From Hydrolagus affinis (Eukaryota), in assembly GCA_012026655.1 (NCBI GenBank), contig JAAILG010000557.1, positions 1 through 64,000 on the forward strand: a DNA stretch of 64,000 nucleotides. The letters run 5' to 3'. The stretch's first letter is position 1. Every line of letters begins with the position of its first letter. Below are positions 1-46,762 of the stretch, in pieces. The position numbers were made by a program, and so were the translations under genes. The notes below the pieces were generated by a model. The model was not told where the DNA came from and searched no databases. It saw only the letters and a program-made list of their open reading frames with translations.

Positions 1-350
1 TAGCAGAAAATCAATGTTTTACAGAGACAATAACCAACATTAAACTGGGGAGTGGGAAGTGGAAGGTGATTGTCAGCACTATCAAATAGGAAGGTATTTA
101 GATGGCTTTTGAAGCGAGAGGGAAAGAGGGGGGAGATGGAGGGGCAGAGATGGCGAGACAAAGCGGGGTGAGACAGAGGGGGCGAGACAGAGGGGAATGA
201 AAGGGAGGGGGAATTCTAGAATAATTTCTACCAAGCTTTCATTTCCCTTTCCAGTGGTGTGCTAAAAAACATGCTCTGAGAGTGCTTCAGCACAGAGCCC
301 TGATTGATGGTAATCATATCAGTAACACACACCTATCTACAGTTATGTGG

Positions 351-595
351 TTAAACACTAATGGTTTCTTTCTCCACTGATCTGCTGTCACTTGGACTAA
401 GCTCCTGAAATGTGCACGGAGAGCTCTGCCAGGCTCTAAAATATTCACTTTCCGGTTCATCTGTTACCCTTAATAAGGTCGTAAGTCTATAAACACCACT
501 CGACTTGAAAGCAAGAAGGTAATGGGAAACTCTTTCAATGTATTTCTCTCCCAAGCCAGATTTCAGCTCCACTTTTAACATTCCTGCTGTGAAAT
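351..595 (-). CDS. Candidate terminal exon, possibly ABM/dimeric alpha-beta-barrel-like
   Basis: ttccctttgctcag| acceptor then 80 open codons to TAA; residue pattern resembles the ABM fold by eye only. Confidence 0.2.
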
Positions 596-2646
596 CTGAG
601 CAAAGGGAACTGCACGTTCGAGGTTATGGCTATTTGTTCAGTTATTTATGTTGTGGTTTTGTGTGCTCAGTGTATTTGTCTTGCGCTGGCATCCAAGGCT
701 TTGCTGCCAAAACCAGTATGTATGCTTCACAGTTTGTACAAGGACATCAAAGAGCCAAATCACCAACCGAGAGCCAACCACCTGAAGGGATGCCACTTTG
801 AAGCACTTCCCCCCCCCCTCTCCTCCCTGAGCATCATCATTATTATACTATTAGTTAATTCAGGAACTGTGCCTAAACCCCAAAGAGCTGGCATATTATG
901 TCTTATACACTCTGCAGAAGCTGCCAACTCCATACTTCATTGAATCAAATCCCCCTTAGTGCTTCTGCAAAGAACGCAGTTCAGTTTCTGGAATCCTCAT
1001 CTCGTCTGCGTATCAATGACAGATTTTCCCCCCCATTATCAATTAGTTCTGATGTAAATTTCCTCCCACCCCACTACACACCCTCCCCACCATCACCTTT
1101 CAGTGCACCAATTTAAATAGCAGTGGTGCATAGTTGCTGGAAAAAAACATTATATAACTCAATCAGCGTTAAAATTTCCCTGCCAGGGAACCACACCCAA
1201 CAATGATCAACTTTGAGACATGTCAACATTATAGTGTCAAATGCAGAGATCATTTTTATTATACATGTTAATTGTAATTGGTAGCAATTATTACATCACA
1301 GGTCACATTTCTTCACCGCTCGGGAAAGACAGGAATCAACTGAAGGCCTCTGCTCCCCCAATCAGCAGAATGGTTAACCATTTAACCCCTGGCAGATATT
1401 GACAGTGGGTGACATCACACAGCTCTGTGGAGAGAGAGGAAGTAGGTTTTTCTGGTTTATGTTCATACAGGAACAAGACAAATGTGGGGGAAAAAATGGT
1501 TTTGACAGCAAGAAAAACGAGACTAGGAAGATAGGAATTCACAGGGCAACAGGAGACAAGGGTCCTTAAGTTTGGAGACAACTTAATTCTAAACTTGAAT
1601 CACCCATTTAATTCTAATTGCTTCCCACTTTATAGTTTGTATGTATAATAACTTCTGATTTATAGCTTAAACCTGCATCCAGATTTCCGTCCATTTAACT
1701 CCAAAAGTTATAGACTTATCAAATCCTGTCAGTCATTTAGTTCTTGAAGTATACATTTTTAAGAAAAAAGATAGCCTTTGAACATGATCATTAAAGAGTT
1801 CTGCTGCAATTGACTGAAGTCTCGAGTTATATTGGCTGCACTCTGTGTACAGTTTTCAAATAGAAAACATACGGACATGCGATGAAACAACATATTATTC
1901 CTGACCCACAAATGCACACATGTGTTCCGGTTCCACTTCTTTGCACATGGTTCCCCAGTTGATGCCAAATTGGACAACTTCTTACATCAAAAGGCTAGGT
2001 ACGAGTAAGATCTGAGCACCTTATTCTTAAGATCACGCAGAGAGTTGTTTTTGTGGCAAATTCATCATTAAGAAATACTGTAAAATCAACTCATACTTAC
2101 AAGAGTTTGGACAATACCCCAGCATTTAAAATAACCCATCAAAATGATAATCTTTGCATTTGATGTAGCCCCTTATCTGTCATCTAGATGTCTCAAAGCA
2201 TTTCACAGGATCCGAGTGGAGCGTTTTTTTATTTTGTAAACAAATTTCACTCCTTAAAATAAGTCTCGTTCTGGTAGATACCAAGGCCAAATGTTGTGAA
2301 TTCACTTACCTCATAAAGACATATAGCACCTATCCAGTAGGACCCGAGACATCTTTAACTCATTACAAATCAGCAGATTTATAACCTGTTAATGAAAATA
2401 CAAAATGCAAAGCGATTGCACACAGTGTTTTCTGAAAAGTAATTGGTGAGATAGAGAGTTAACAGGCGGTACAAGAATCTCAGGACTCCCAATTTGTATT
2501 AACAACTTCCAGCTAGAATTATATGCGTCATTGAAACCAGTAAACTGCCAACGTTTACAGGATGCAAGGTTGCACTGACAATTACCTGGTGATAACAAAG
2601 CACAACATTCTGAAAGAATGCTGGGAAACAAAAGTTTTGTACTTAC

Positions 2647-2765
2647 TCGGTTGCAGCTCTAGACACATCAGTGTAAGGTACCAAACATTTGCCAGAAAAC
2701 ACAGTTATATAATAGAATACTTTGGCTCTAACTTCTTCTAAGTTTTCAAAAACATCTACAAACAA
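2647..2765 (-). CDS. Candidate internal exon (119 nt) LFVDVFENLEEVRAKVFYYITVFSGKCLVPYTDVSRAAT(E)
   Basis: ttttgtcctgtgtttactgcag| acceptor, GA|GTAAGT donor, only frame 0 open. Confidence 0.25.
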
Positions 2766-4696
2766 CTGCAGTAAACACAGGACAAAAGACAACGGCAGAG
2801 TGGATGTCATGAGGACGCTATACATTCGTACATAAGAGATTAACACCAGTCTTGCATCTTTTTCACTATTCTTCAGTTCTTTGACTGTGTTCTAAATTAT
2901 TAGACAGTTTGTGACAAAACATTCACTTTGATTAGGATAAGGAGGAATGTTAGAATGCTTGTACACCGCTGAGGTGACGGTAACAAGAAACGTTAATAAT
3001 CATCCTTTTTTTTTATTATTAATAAGATGTTCCATTGATACGATTAATAAGATTCCATTTCCTTTCTCGGGGAGCGAGGTCGCAAGGCAACATGGTTTGG
3101 CAAGGGAATTCCAGTGATCAAGGATGTGTCTAATATATACAGACCATTTGGTTTATGTAGGGTTGATTAAATGCCATAAAAAAGATAAATGAACAAATAT
3201 TTTTTTGGTGAGGGGGCTGGAATCCGCTGAAATTTGATGGCATCTAAAGCTTCAGAAATATTTGCTCACTTCCCATAAGATTCTTATCAGGCTTATCTCA
3301 AGCACATGTTTTCCTCTCTTTCATCTCAATGTTTTCAATCATACTTCCTTTGTTTCAACAAAAAAAACCTTATCTGCCTCCTTTTCTGTAAATGATGCAA
3401 GGCTTATAAATGTATTAACCACTGAAAGGCTTTTTAGTTTTCTCTGACATTAATCTTCCACTGTGAACGAGGGCGGAAGTATCATTGGGAGAACGTCATG
3501 GAACACAACACAGAACATCTGATCTTATCCTCATTCTAGAGCATACTGTCCTCCCATCACAGCATCTATGTCAACGATTGTTATTGTTTCTTGTTACTAT
3601 CACCATAGTGGTGTACAAGAATTATAACATTCCTCCTTAATCCTCATCAAAGTGAATTACTGTATCATTGGTTGTTTTTCTTGAATGAATCCAGTGTCCT
3701 GGCCTCAACCACCCTTCATGCCAACCTGGGTGTTTGTTGTTCAGTGAATGCAGAGGAGGGAATTCTTGCAACATTCCTTCCCACCATTCTCCCATTTGTT
3801 GTGTGCAAATCAGCAGCTGCTCTCGCCTACAAAACACACAGTCACTACACTTCACGATAAATACCATCAAGCACTTTGGAACGTCCTCCTGATGTGAAAG
3901 GGGCTGATTCAATTATCAGGATTATTATTAACATCATCACAAATTTATACATCTACAATATGCGGGATGCTACCAATGTAAGTTTCAAATAGAAGTCTTA
4001 ACAAATAACCATTGATCACTCAATGTCAAAGTATTCAAAGATTTTCTTTCTAAATGTTGAGTCTATGGGCTTGGGGTCAGGGGTTGAACGGCTAAAGGAG
4101 TCCTCTTCCGCTGGGCTGCTACAGGTGCTGATGTACGGTTTTCTGTTGCATTGCAAGAGACTGAATCGCTGACAAAACCCATCTTCACTTGCTCTGAACA
4201 GCCCTCAGTGGAACAACCCAAAAAGATTTATCTATTAGAAACACAAAATGAAAATCTGCCGTTCCGACTTTTTAATTAAAATCACAGTGATGCGTTTGCT
4301 AGCATTTCAGTAAATGTAAATCAACTGTAATGAAAGGGTCACTGTATCATTGAGCAGAAAATCATGTTTGCGATCTGCAGGAATGTGCGCTGCTCTGCAG
4401 CACCAAGACTTTGAACAAATCCAGCAAAAATACGGAATTGCCTTTGTATCAGGTTTCCCCAATTTTTGCTATAATCCTGGTGTGTGCTACAGTACAAGAA
4501 CATGCAACAATCTTTGGCCTTCAAAGAACTGTGCAAAAAAAAGTGAAGTGTGCTTAAGACAGAAATGCAACGACCCTCTCCAATAGAATTGGTGATCCAC
4601 CTCATGACTGTTGGTGGGCCATTGCTGTGCGCAGATTGGCTGCTGTGTTTGCCCACAAAATACACGTCATTGCAGCAATGGCAATAACTTACAAGC

Positions 4697-4900
4697 ATTA
4701 TATAGCAACCTTTATATGGGTGTCACAGAATGCTTCACAGGGCTGGTGATGGACGCTGAGCACAGGGGAGGGGAAGGGTGACCGGAAATGGCATTGAAGA
4801 GGTAAGATTTTAAGAAGGGACTTGGAAGATAAATTAAGAGGTGTTGGGGTTAAACAGAGGAGGTTGAGGGAAACAGTTGCAGAAGCTAGGGACGTAGAAT
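4697..4900 (-). mobile_element. L2-type 3' fragment
   Basis: ttatatagcaacctttt...ttttaagaagggacttggaag (reverse of an FKxLLK-like end). Confidence 0.45.
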
Positions 4901-5269
4901 CATAAATTCTGCACTTTGCAGTAAACCCTGTGAAGCACTTTGAGATGTCCTTCCAACGTGAAAGAACGCAGTATCAAATGCAAAGATTGATTATTATTAT
5001 TATAATTATTATGGTGTAACTTCCACCGTGCTGCAGATTAGATAAACTGTGACATCCTGAGGTTACATGCTGGGTTAGTAACAAGGTGTTATTCTACCAC
5101 ACAGTACTGAGTCAGACATTTAGATCTCCGTGGAGAATCTAGGTCAAACTAGAAATGTGGAAACCGGCGTCCCCATGAAGATCACCAACTCCAGGAAGAA
5201 AATCATGACTCGAGAAATTAAATATCTACTGGGGAAATGAAGAGTTTCAAGAGAGACTCAAATGGAAAA

Positions 5270-5700
5270 AATCCCCTCATTCGACCCATTTCATTTCATC
5301 CTTCCAGAACACCCAGCCTCCCATCTTGCCATTGCAGCATCAAGCTGCTTCTTCAGCAAGTTCAGCTGCCTGACCTCAAGCTGTTCCAATCGCCTTTGTA
5401 AAAAAGTACCATGGTAATGGTGGTAGTACTACCATGGTACTACCATGGTACTACCACCATTACCATGGTACTTTTTTTTTTACAAGGGTGGTATCTCTAT
5501 CTGTCCAAAAATTGCCCTGAACTTCTGCCATCCTGTCCTAACCCGACATTTATTTTTGTATCCCTAACTGAGTTGCCTCTTTCTTAGGCTGAAGCTTACC
5601 CAATCTTTTCCAGTAGCTCACACCCTCTTGGTATTGGATAATCCTTGTTTCTCTGCACTGTCCTGCCTCTAGGCTACCCATCCCTGCCCAACCCACTGAA
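5270..5700 (-). mobile_element. Decayed CR1-type LINE 3' fragment, interrupted by the palindromic element
   Basis: LEAGQCRETRIIQYQEGVSYWKRLGKL resembles the CR1 ORF2 motif LExVQRRATRMIxGxxGLSYEERLxKL. Confidence 0.55.
5393..5488. mobile_element. Palindromic non-autonomous DNA transposon (MITE-like)
   Basis: Termini CCTTTGTA(A)n / (T)nACAAGGG plus a perfect 24-bp inverted repeat (5406-5429 / 5448-5471); flanked by CG and TG. Confidence 0.65.
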
Positions 5701-6892
5701 ACAACAGCCAGTAAACAGGAGACACGACTGAACAAACTGAGGCCAACTACAGGTAGGGAATTTTTGTGGTATTTGATAACTATCGCGAGTGATAATTACC
5801 ACATCGTATACTACCAATTTCGACCACCACAAGTTTGCTGCAAGCATTTTGGTGAACTTTGTTTTATGCTTTTAATTCTGCTTGTTCCACTCCAACTGTG
5901 GACAAGGCAACACAACCTTGAAATCTTCCTTTCCATTTGAAATCTGCACCGTGGGATGTCCTCCCGACGTGAAAGGCGCTCTATAAATGTGATTTTGTTG
6001 TTGTTGTTGCTGCTGCACAGTGAAGCACCAATAACAATCACAATCAAGCAATCCTGGGGAGGAAAAAAACAGAGGAACAGCAAAATCTCTTGACCTGTCG
6101 GCAAGTGTATTGAAGCATGTGAAACATTTACACAGCACAGTGCCCCATGTAAATCTGAATCCACTCCATCCTCCATATAATTCACCTGGTTGGATGAACC
6201 AAAGCATCCACATGTTTCCATAGAGCTACAAAGTGCCGTGTGCAGTTAAAATACAAAACATGTTTCTATCACGTTGCATAACGAAACCTTTAAAGTTACA
6301 CCCATTTCTTCCAAAACACCCTTTTTTCCCATGCGCTTCTCTGCTGTATAAAACCATTCTCGCCCCATTTTTGTTCAATTGCACAATATATTTTCTCATC
6401 CATCGGAGCCCGGTAACCCTAACTACAATACACTCGAGCAAAACCTTCAATCCATTGTGTGATTTCCAGCAAAGGAACCTTGAACTGATTTGGTACAATA
6501 ACGGAAGCAGTTGCTATGGTGAGAAGCTGCACTAACATATCTGACATATGGCTAAGATAGCGTGCATAGAATCATACCAGTGTCTATTGCTACATGGCCA
6601 TGGATTTTTATTGACATTGCATATAGACAGTGTGAAATTAATGAAACTGGATCTGTTTCAATATTTAACAGAGAGGGGGCATTGACAAACAGAAGGAAAA
6701 TAAAGAGAGAAGAGAGGAGGGAAAAATGCTAAATATTGCAGGCTATCCAAAGCAAATATTTTTGCAGGGCACTAAATTTATTGCGGCTGATGTTATTAGC
6801 AATCCCAGGATAAAGCAATAATGTTCCGTCATTGACAGACCACAATGCCACATCTGCTTTTTGTCGCATGAGTTTCTCCATTTCCAACTCAC

Positions 6893-7077
6893 CAGAATGC
6901 AGTCTTGGTCAGACAGGGCTGTGGGCTGCTTAATCCTTTCAGGAAAGAAGCAACTTTCTTGACTATTACATTCACCATCGCATAACCATGGTTATAAGTT
7001 GCTAATGCAGCATTGAAGACACTAATGATCAAAGCATATAACACATCAACAACACTGACGAACAATTTTACAGGCAT
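6893..7077 (-). CDS. Candidate first coding exon of an unidentified gene (MPVKLFVSVVDVLYALIISVFNAALA...)
   Basis: ACCATG start, 61 codons + 2 nt, hydrophobic N-terminus, ends at TG|GTGAGT; no recognised homolog. Confidence 0.25.
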
Positions 7078-7141
7078 GGTAATTTCTCATAGTGCTTTAT
7101 AGACAGTTAGAGTAATGGGAGGGATTTAGGGAGGAATTTCT

Positions 7142-7175
7142 GGAGTGAGGAACTAAGTGGCTGAGGTTTTTTATA
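7142..7175 (-). promoter_or_regulatory. Candidate TATA + initiator core promoter of a downstream transcript
   Basis: TATAAAA at 7175-7169 and YYANWYY match TCACTCC with A at 7146, 29 nt apart. Confidence 0.3.
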
Positions 7176-7315
7176 GTGGGGTGATGTGATGTTTTGTGGC
7201 ATTGCCAGCAATGGTGAACAAGGACCAAATCCAGGCCGGTCAATCCCACTGGGGACATCCATACGATTAAAACCAAACCAATTCGGGTACACAGGTGAAA
7301 GATATTTACTTACTG

Positions 7316-7321
7316 TTTATT
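7316..7321 (-). terminator. Distal poly(A) signal AATAAA of CMIP
   Basis: AATAAA on minus, followed about 40 nt later by GU-rich GGTTTGGTTTT (plus 7270-7280). Confidence 0.6.
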
Positions 7322-7421
7322 TTGTCTGGAATTATTTCACATCTCTTTGTACAACAGCTACAGAACAGTAGTAAAACCATCTGATAAAAGCAACAGTGCT
7401 GATGATAAACATTGGCTGCAT

Positions 7422-7431
7422 TTTATTTATT
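7422..7431 (-). terminator. Proximal overlapping poly(A) signals AATAAATAAA
   Basis: Plus-strand tttatttatt, directly next to a G-rich tract on the minus strand. Confidence 0.45.
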
Positions 7432-9044
7432 CCCCGCCCTCCCCCCCACCCACCCCCCGTCTCCCCCCGCCCCCTCCCCCACCCCCAGCAATTATCCCCC
7501 ATGACTGCATTAACATGCAGCTCGAGATTCAATGCAGAACTCTGGCACACTAACCTGATTAAGACTGAACCAATTAAAAAAGACAGAAGGGAAAAGTAAT
7601 GAAAGCTACTCCGCGACAAGGTATAAAACAGAAACAAAACAATCTTGGCTTCCAATCCTGGTTAAGTTACATACAAAAAAAATACATATCACAATTAAAA
7701 AAAAAGTTTCCTCCCCACCTCCCTCCTTTTGAGGCAACCATGTTACAAAACAAAATGACAAGTTAAACTTTGCTCCTAATACAACAGAAAGCTCAAATGA
7801 TGCCTAGGCGACACAACGAGGGGTTGGCAGGTGGAAGGGGAGAAAAAAAAATCAAGACTTCATGAATCACTAATTGCGGTTGCCATTGGTGGACCAATAA
7901 AGGGGAGTTAACTGATTTTCATTTTTAATTTGACCCTTTAATTTTTCTACCAGAATCATGCAAAATCATGCATGCATGTCACTATGCACAAATCTTGGGT
8001 GAGGTGGTGGGGGAGGTGGGAAGGGAAGGTAAAGAGGAGGAAGGGAGAGGAATGGATTTATATAGGACAAAAAACATTTAAGAAAAAAAAACAAGGAATT
8101 ATTATATAAAGAGTTTTTTTTTCTTTTTTTTTAATCTCAAAACCATTGTGTGCAGTTCTCTTCAGTGGGATCTCGCCACCACTTCCGAGCAGAAAATAAA
8201 GGGTTCAGTAAATTGGTCTTTCTGAAAAGAAATGTCTTGTGTTTCCTTCGAAGTCTCAATTTTTGCAAGTTTTTGTTTTAAAAACTCATCGAAGCCCTAA
8301 AAAAACTGCTCTTATAGTTTTCCTTGTATTTTCAAATCGGGCAAAAGTCACTTGATCCAAGAGGGCAGACGACAGCAGTTCATAAAGGCAAATTAAAATC
8401 CACTTACAAGAGTGCTTTCAGGCTACAAGACAGCCAAAAAAAAACGTAACTACTTTATACAGTACTATACGTGAAAAAAACCAACATCAAATAAAAGAAT
8501 TGCAATCCATAAATAAGAATAAGGTCCCAGACCTGTTGTGTGAACAATTTCTTAAATATGTGTGTTATGTATACCTTATGTACAAAAAAAGATAATCATG
8601 TTGCATTTCATTGCAAGGGTTCAAGACAGCAAAGGTAATGTTATCCATCAAAGAGAGTCGATTCCTTCAGCCAGAGATAAAAGTGGGATCTTCCAAATCG
8701 TTTTTTTTGACATTGGTCCGTTCAAGTTGTTGAAGTAAACGAGAGAGAAAGATATTCTGTTTTACACACGGCATGAACACAAAGGCGATTAAATGACCAA
8801 AAGAGGTCCCACTGGCTGCCAACTTGCTGCTCGCTACACATGGCTCATCTTCTGAAATTAAAAAGCGTTAAGAATGAAGCAGGTTCCTCGTGAGCCCGAC
8901 ACACTACAAGCCTCCGTCGAAAGGGTACTGGGCTGGCAACCTCAGCGCTCCCTTGGCCCAAGGTAAAAATGCTGGAAAAAAGATCTTTTCTTCTTCCGCA
9001 AAAATAAGATCGATTTCTCGCTGGCTTTCTCTGGAGCCTCAATT

Positions 9045-44653
<35,609 letters not shown>

Positions 44654-44799
44654 TCAACCGAAGCCTATAGAAATGTAACCACTCAATACATTTCATCAGT
44701 TCAATCACTTACACTCTTGAGGGATAAGAAGATGTCTTATTGCGATTCGTTTTGCCAGATCAGTTGGCATTGTTCCTGAATATGATACCATGTCAAAGT

Positions 44800-44960
44800 G
44801 CTTATCCAGTATTTATTGACAAATCACCATTTTGCTCTAAATTTGTCCTGCTCAAATATTTATCCAATTCCCTCGTAAAAGCCCATATGCATATTGCCTC
44901 AACAATGGTTCAGGTAACTGTGGGGGCTTATGCATTAACAAGCTGCTTTAAATTATGTCT
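44800..44960 (-). mobile_element. CR1-type LINE 3' fragment
   Basis: aaatatttatccaattccct...tgcctcaacaa resembles a reversed CR1 ORF2 end. Confidence 0.4.
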
Positions 44961-45149
44961 CTCTTGGGTGCACAAAGCCTTCAGCCAGTTCTGAGATTTC
45001 ATATTGGCTTTGTTTGCTGGCTCAAACAGTTGCCAGAGGATTGCGGTATTCAAACAAGATGTGTATGTTTCATTGCTCAAGAGAATCGCAGTTAAATCTG
45101 AGAACCGTTTGCTGTTTGATTATGCTCTCCTCCTACTCTGCGCCCCGGC

Positions 45150-45185
45150 CACTCACTCACTCACTCACTCACTCACTCACTCACT
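45150..45185. repeat. (CACT)n microsatellite
   Basis: Seen directly. Confidence 0.9.
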
Positions 45186-45587
45186 CCATGGCTTGTTTGT
45201 GCGGACATTGCTGTGAGCATCCGGCCTCTGCGTTTCGCTTGCAACATACAGAGTCAAAAAACACTTTACAGTAAATCTTGTGAAGCGCCTTGAGACGGCT
45301 CGATGCTGTGATAAAGCGCTAGAACAAATGCAAGGATTATTATTGGTAATCGCCCCGTGAGGGTTGGTAAGATGCTCATCATTGATAAAAGTTAGATATA
45401 TATTATTCTTCATTTCATCGTACACACTGTCACATAGAATGGATCATTTTCTAGCAGTGAATAATATAGAGAGGAACTTCATAACCTGCAAATCTCAGTA
45501 TCCCTCAGTTCATAAAGGTCTACAAATAGTCCACAATCTTGTTATGGTTTGTAATATCAATTTCAATGCAGTGGTTTTATGGTGCAT

Positions 45588-45836
45588 TAATCCAGGCAGG
45601 GCAAAACCTTGGGCAAGTGTCGTCACTCCACATGATTAATAATAATCCCTCGGAAAAAAAATTAATTGGTCATTTGAATCCACGACTGTTTGTGGGATAC
45701 TGCTGTGTGCAATTGGCTGCTGAGTTTCGCCGACAAATATACAGTCAATTCACTTTACAGTATAGTCTGTGAAGTGCTTTGAGACGTCTAGAAGGTGTGC
45801 AAAGCACTATTTCAAATGCAAGGATTATTACTATTA
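45588..45836 (+). mobile_element. 5'-truncated tRNA-derived SINE
   Basis: Collinear with 37220-37466. Confidence 0.8.
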
Positions 45837-46580
45837 TGTGTGTTTATATGTGTCCATCCCACATATTGTCTGACAAACACAACTCCACAAAGGTGATGGC
45901 CCTTTACTTCTGCCTTTCACCGCCCCCCTTCACCTCCCCCTCCCCCTACCCCGCCTCCACTCCCACATTTCCTTCTGATCCAGGGAGGAAATGGCCTTTG
46001 AATTAGTAATATTCTATGAGAGGCCAGATCCTCCTTTGAGCAAAAGATTCTGCAGAAAGTGGGTAAGAGGATATCAAGCAGTGCCACAGCTAAATTTCAA
46101 CAAACTGATCAATGCAACATCATGCAAGAAACTGACATAAAGATCTTACTGGGACACATGCAGTCAGAGACAGGATGATGTTATTAAACACACTCTTTGG
46201 CAGTTGTTTTTGAACCCATTTATTCGCAAGTACTTGACTCACCGCTGCAAACCTGTCAAAATAGAATCACTTTCGCACAATATCCTTATGATTCAAAACT
46301 ACATGGCTTCCTTCTGCCTCTTGAAAGAGAGAAAGGATTTCCAAGCAATTTCTCATGCAGTCATTGCTGGTTAAATTCCAGCAGTTACCCCAACACACGC
46401 TGTGGAGATGCCCAAGCCTTGTGCTTTCCACCAGCATGTGGCCGAATGCTCCCTGGAATTAGATCTGCAGGTATATCCCTATAGGAAGAGAGTGCGTATT
46501 GATTCCAGATAAGCAATTTCACATGCATAGATAGCGTGGCATATGTGAAAGTCTCAGTCTTGTTTGTTTACTTTATAAAA

Positions 46581-46762
46581 ATAATAATCTTTCATTTGAT
46601 CTAGCGCTTTTCACACCTTCTAGACGAATCAAAGCGCTCCACAGAATATACTATAAAGTGAATTGATTGTATATTTGTGGGTGAAACACGGCAGCTAATT
46701 GTGCACAGCAGCGACCTAACAAACAGTCGTGGATTGAAGTGACCAATTTATTATTGTTTTGT
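46581..46762 (-). mobile_element. SINE 3' half
   Basis: Collinear with 12345-12530. Confidence 0.8.

Larger units (their letters stand above)
7295..9044 (-). other. CMIP: CMIP 3'UTR (end approximate)
   Basis: Transposon-free, U-rich sequence after the stop codon, ending at the AATAAA signals. Confidence 0.65.

Noticed and set aside
626-943. Plus-strand ORF with a signal-peptide-like start (MAICSVIYVVVL...)
   Set aside because: No convincing promoter or donor, runs through low-complexity sequence, and no recognised homology
5599-5696. Exon-like segment with ttcag| and |GTAAGC on the minus strand
   Set aside because: Lies in the CR1 remnant and translates to the CR1 motif; not phase-compatible with candidate exon B
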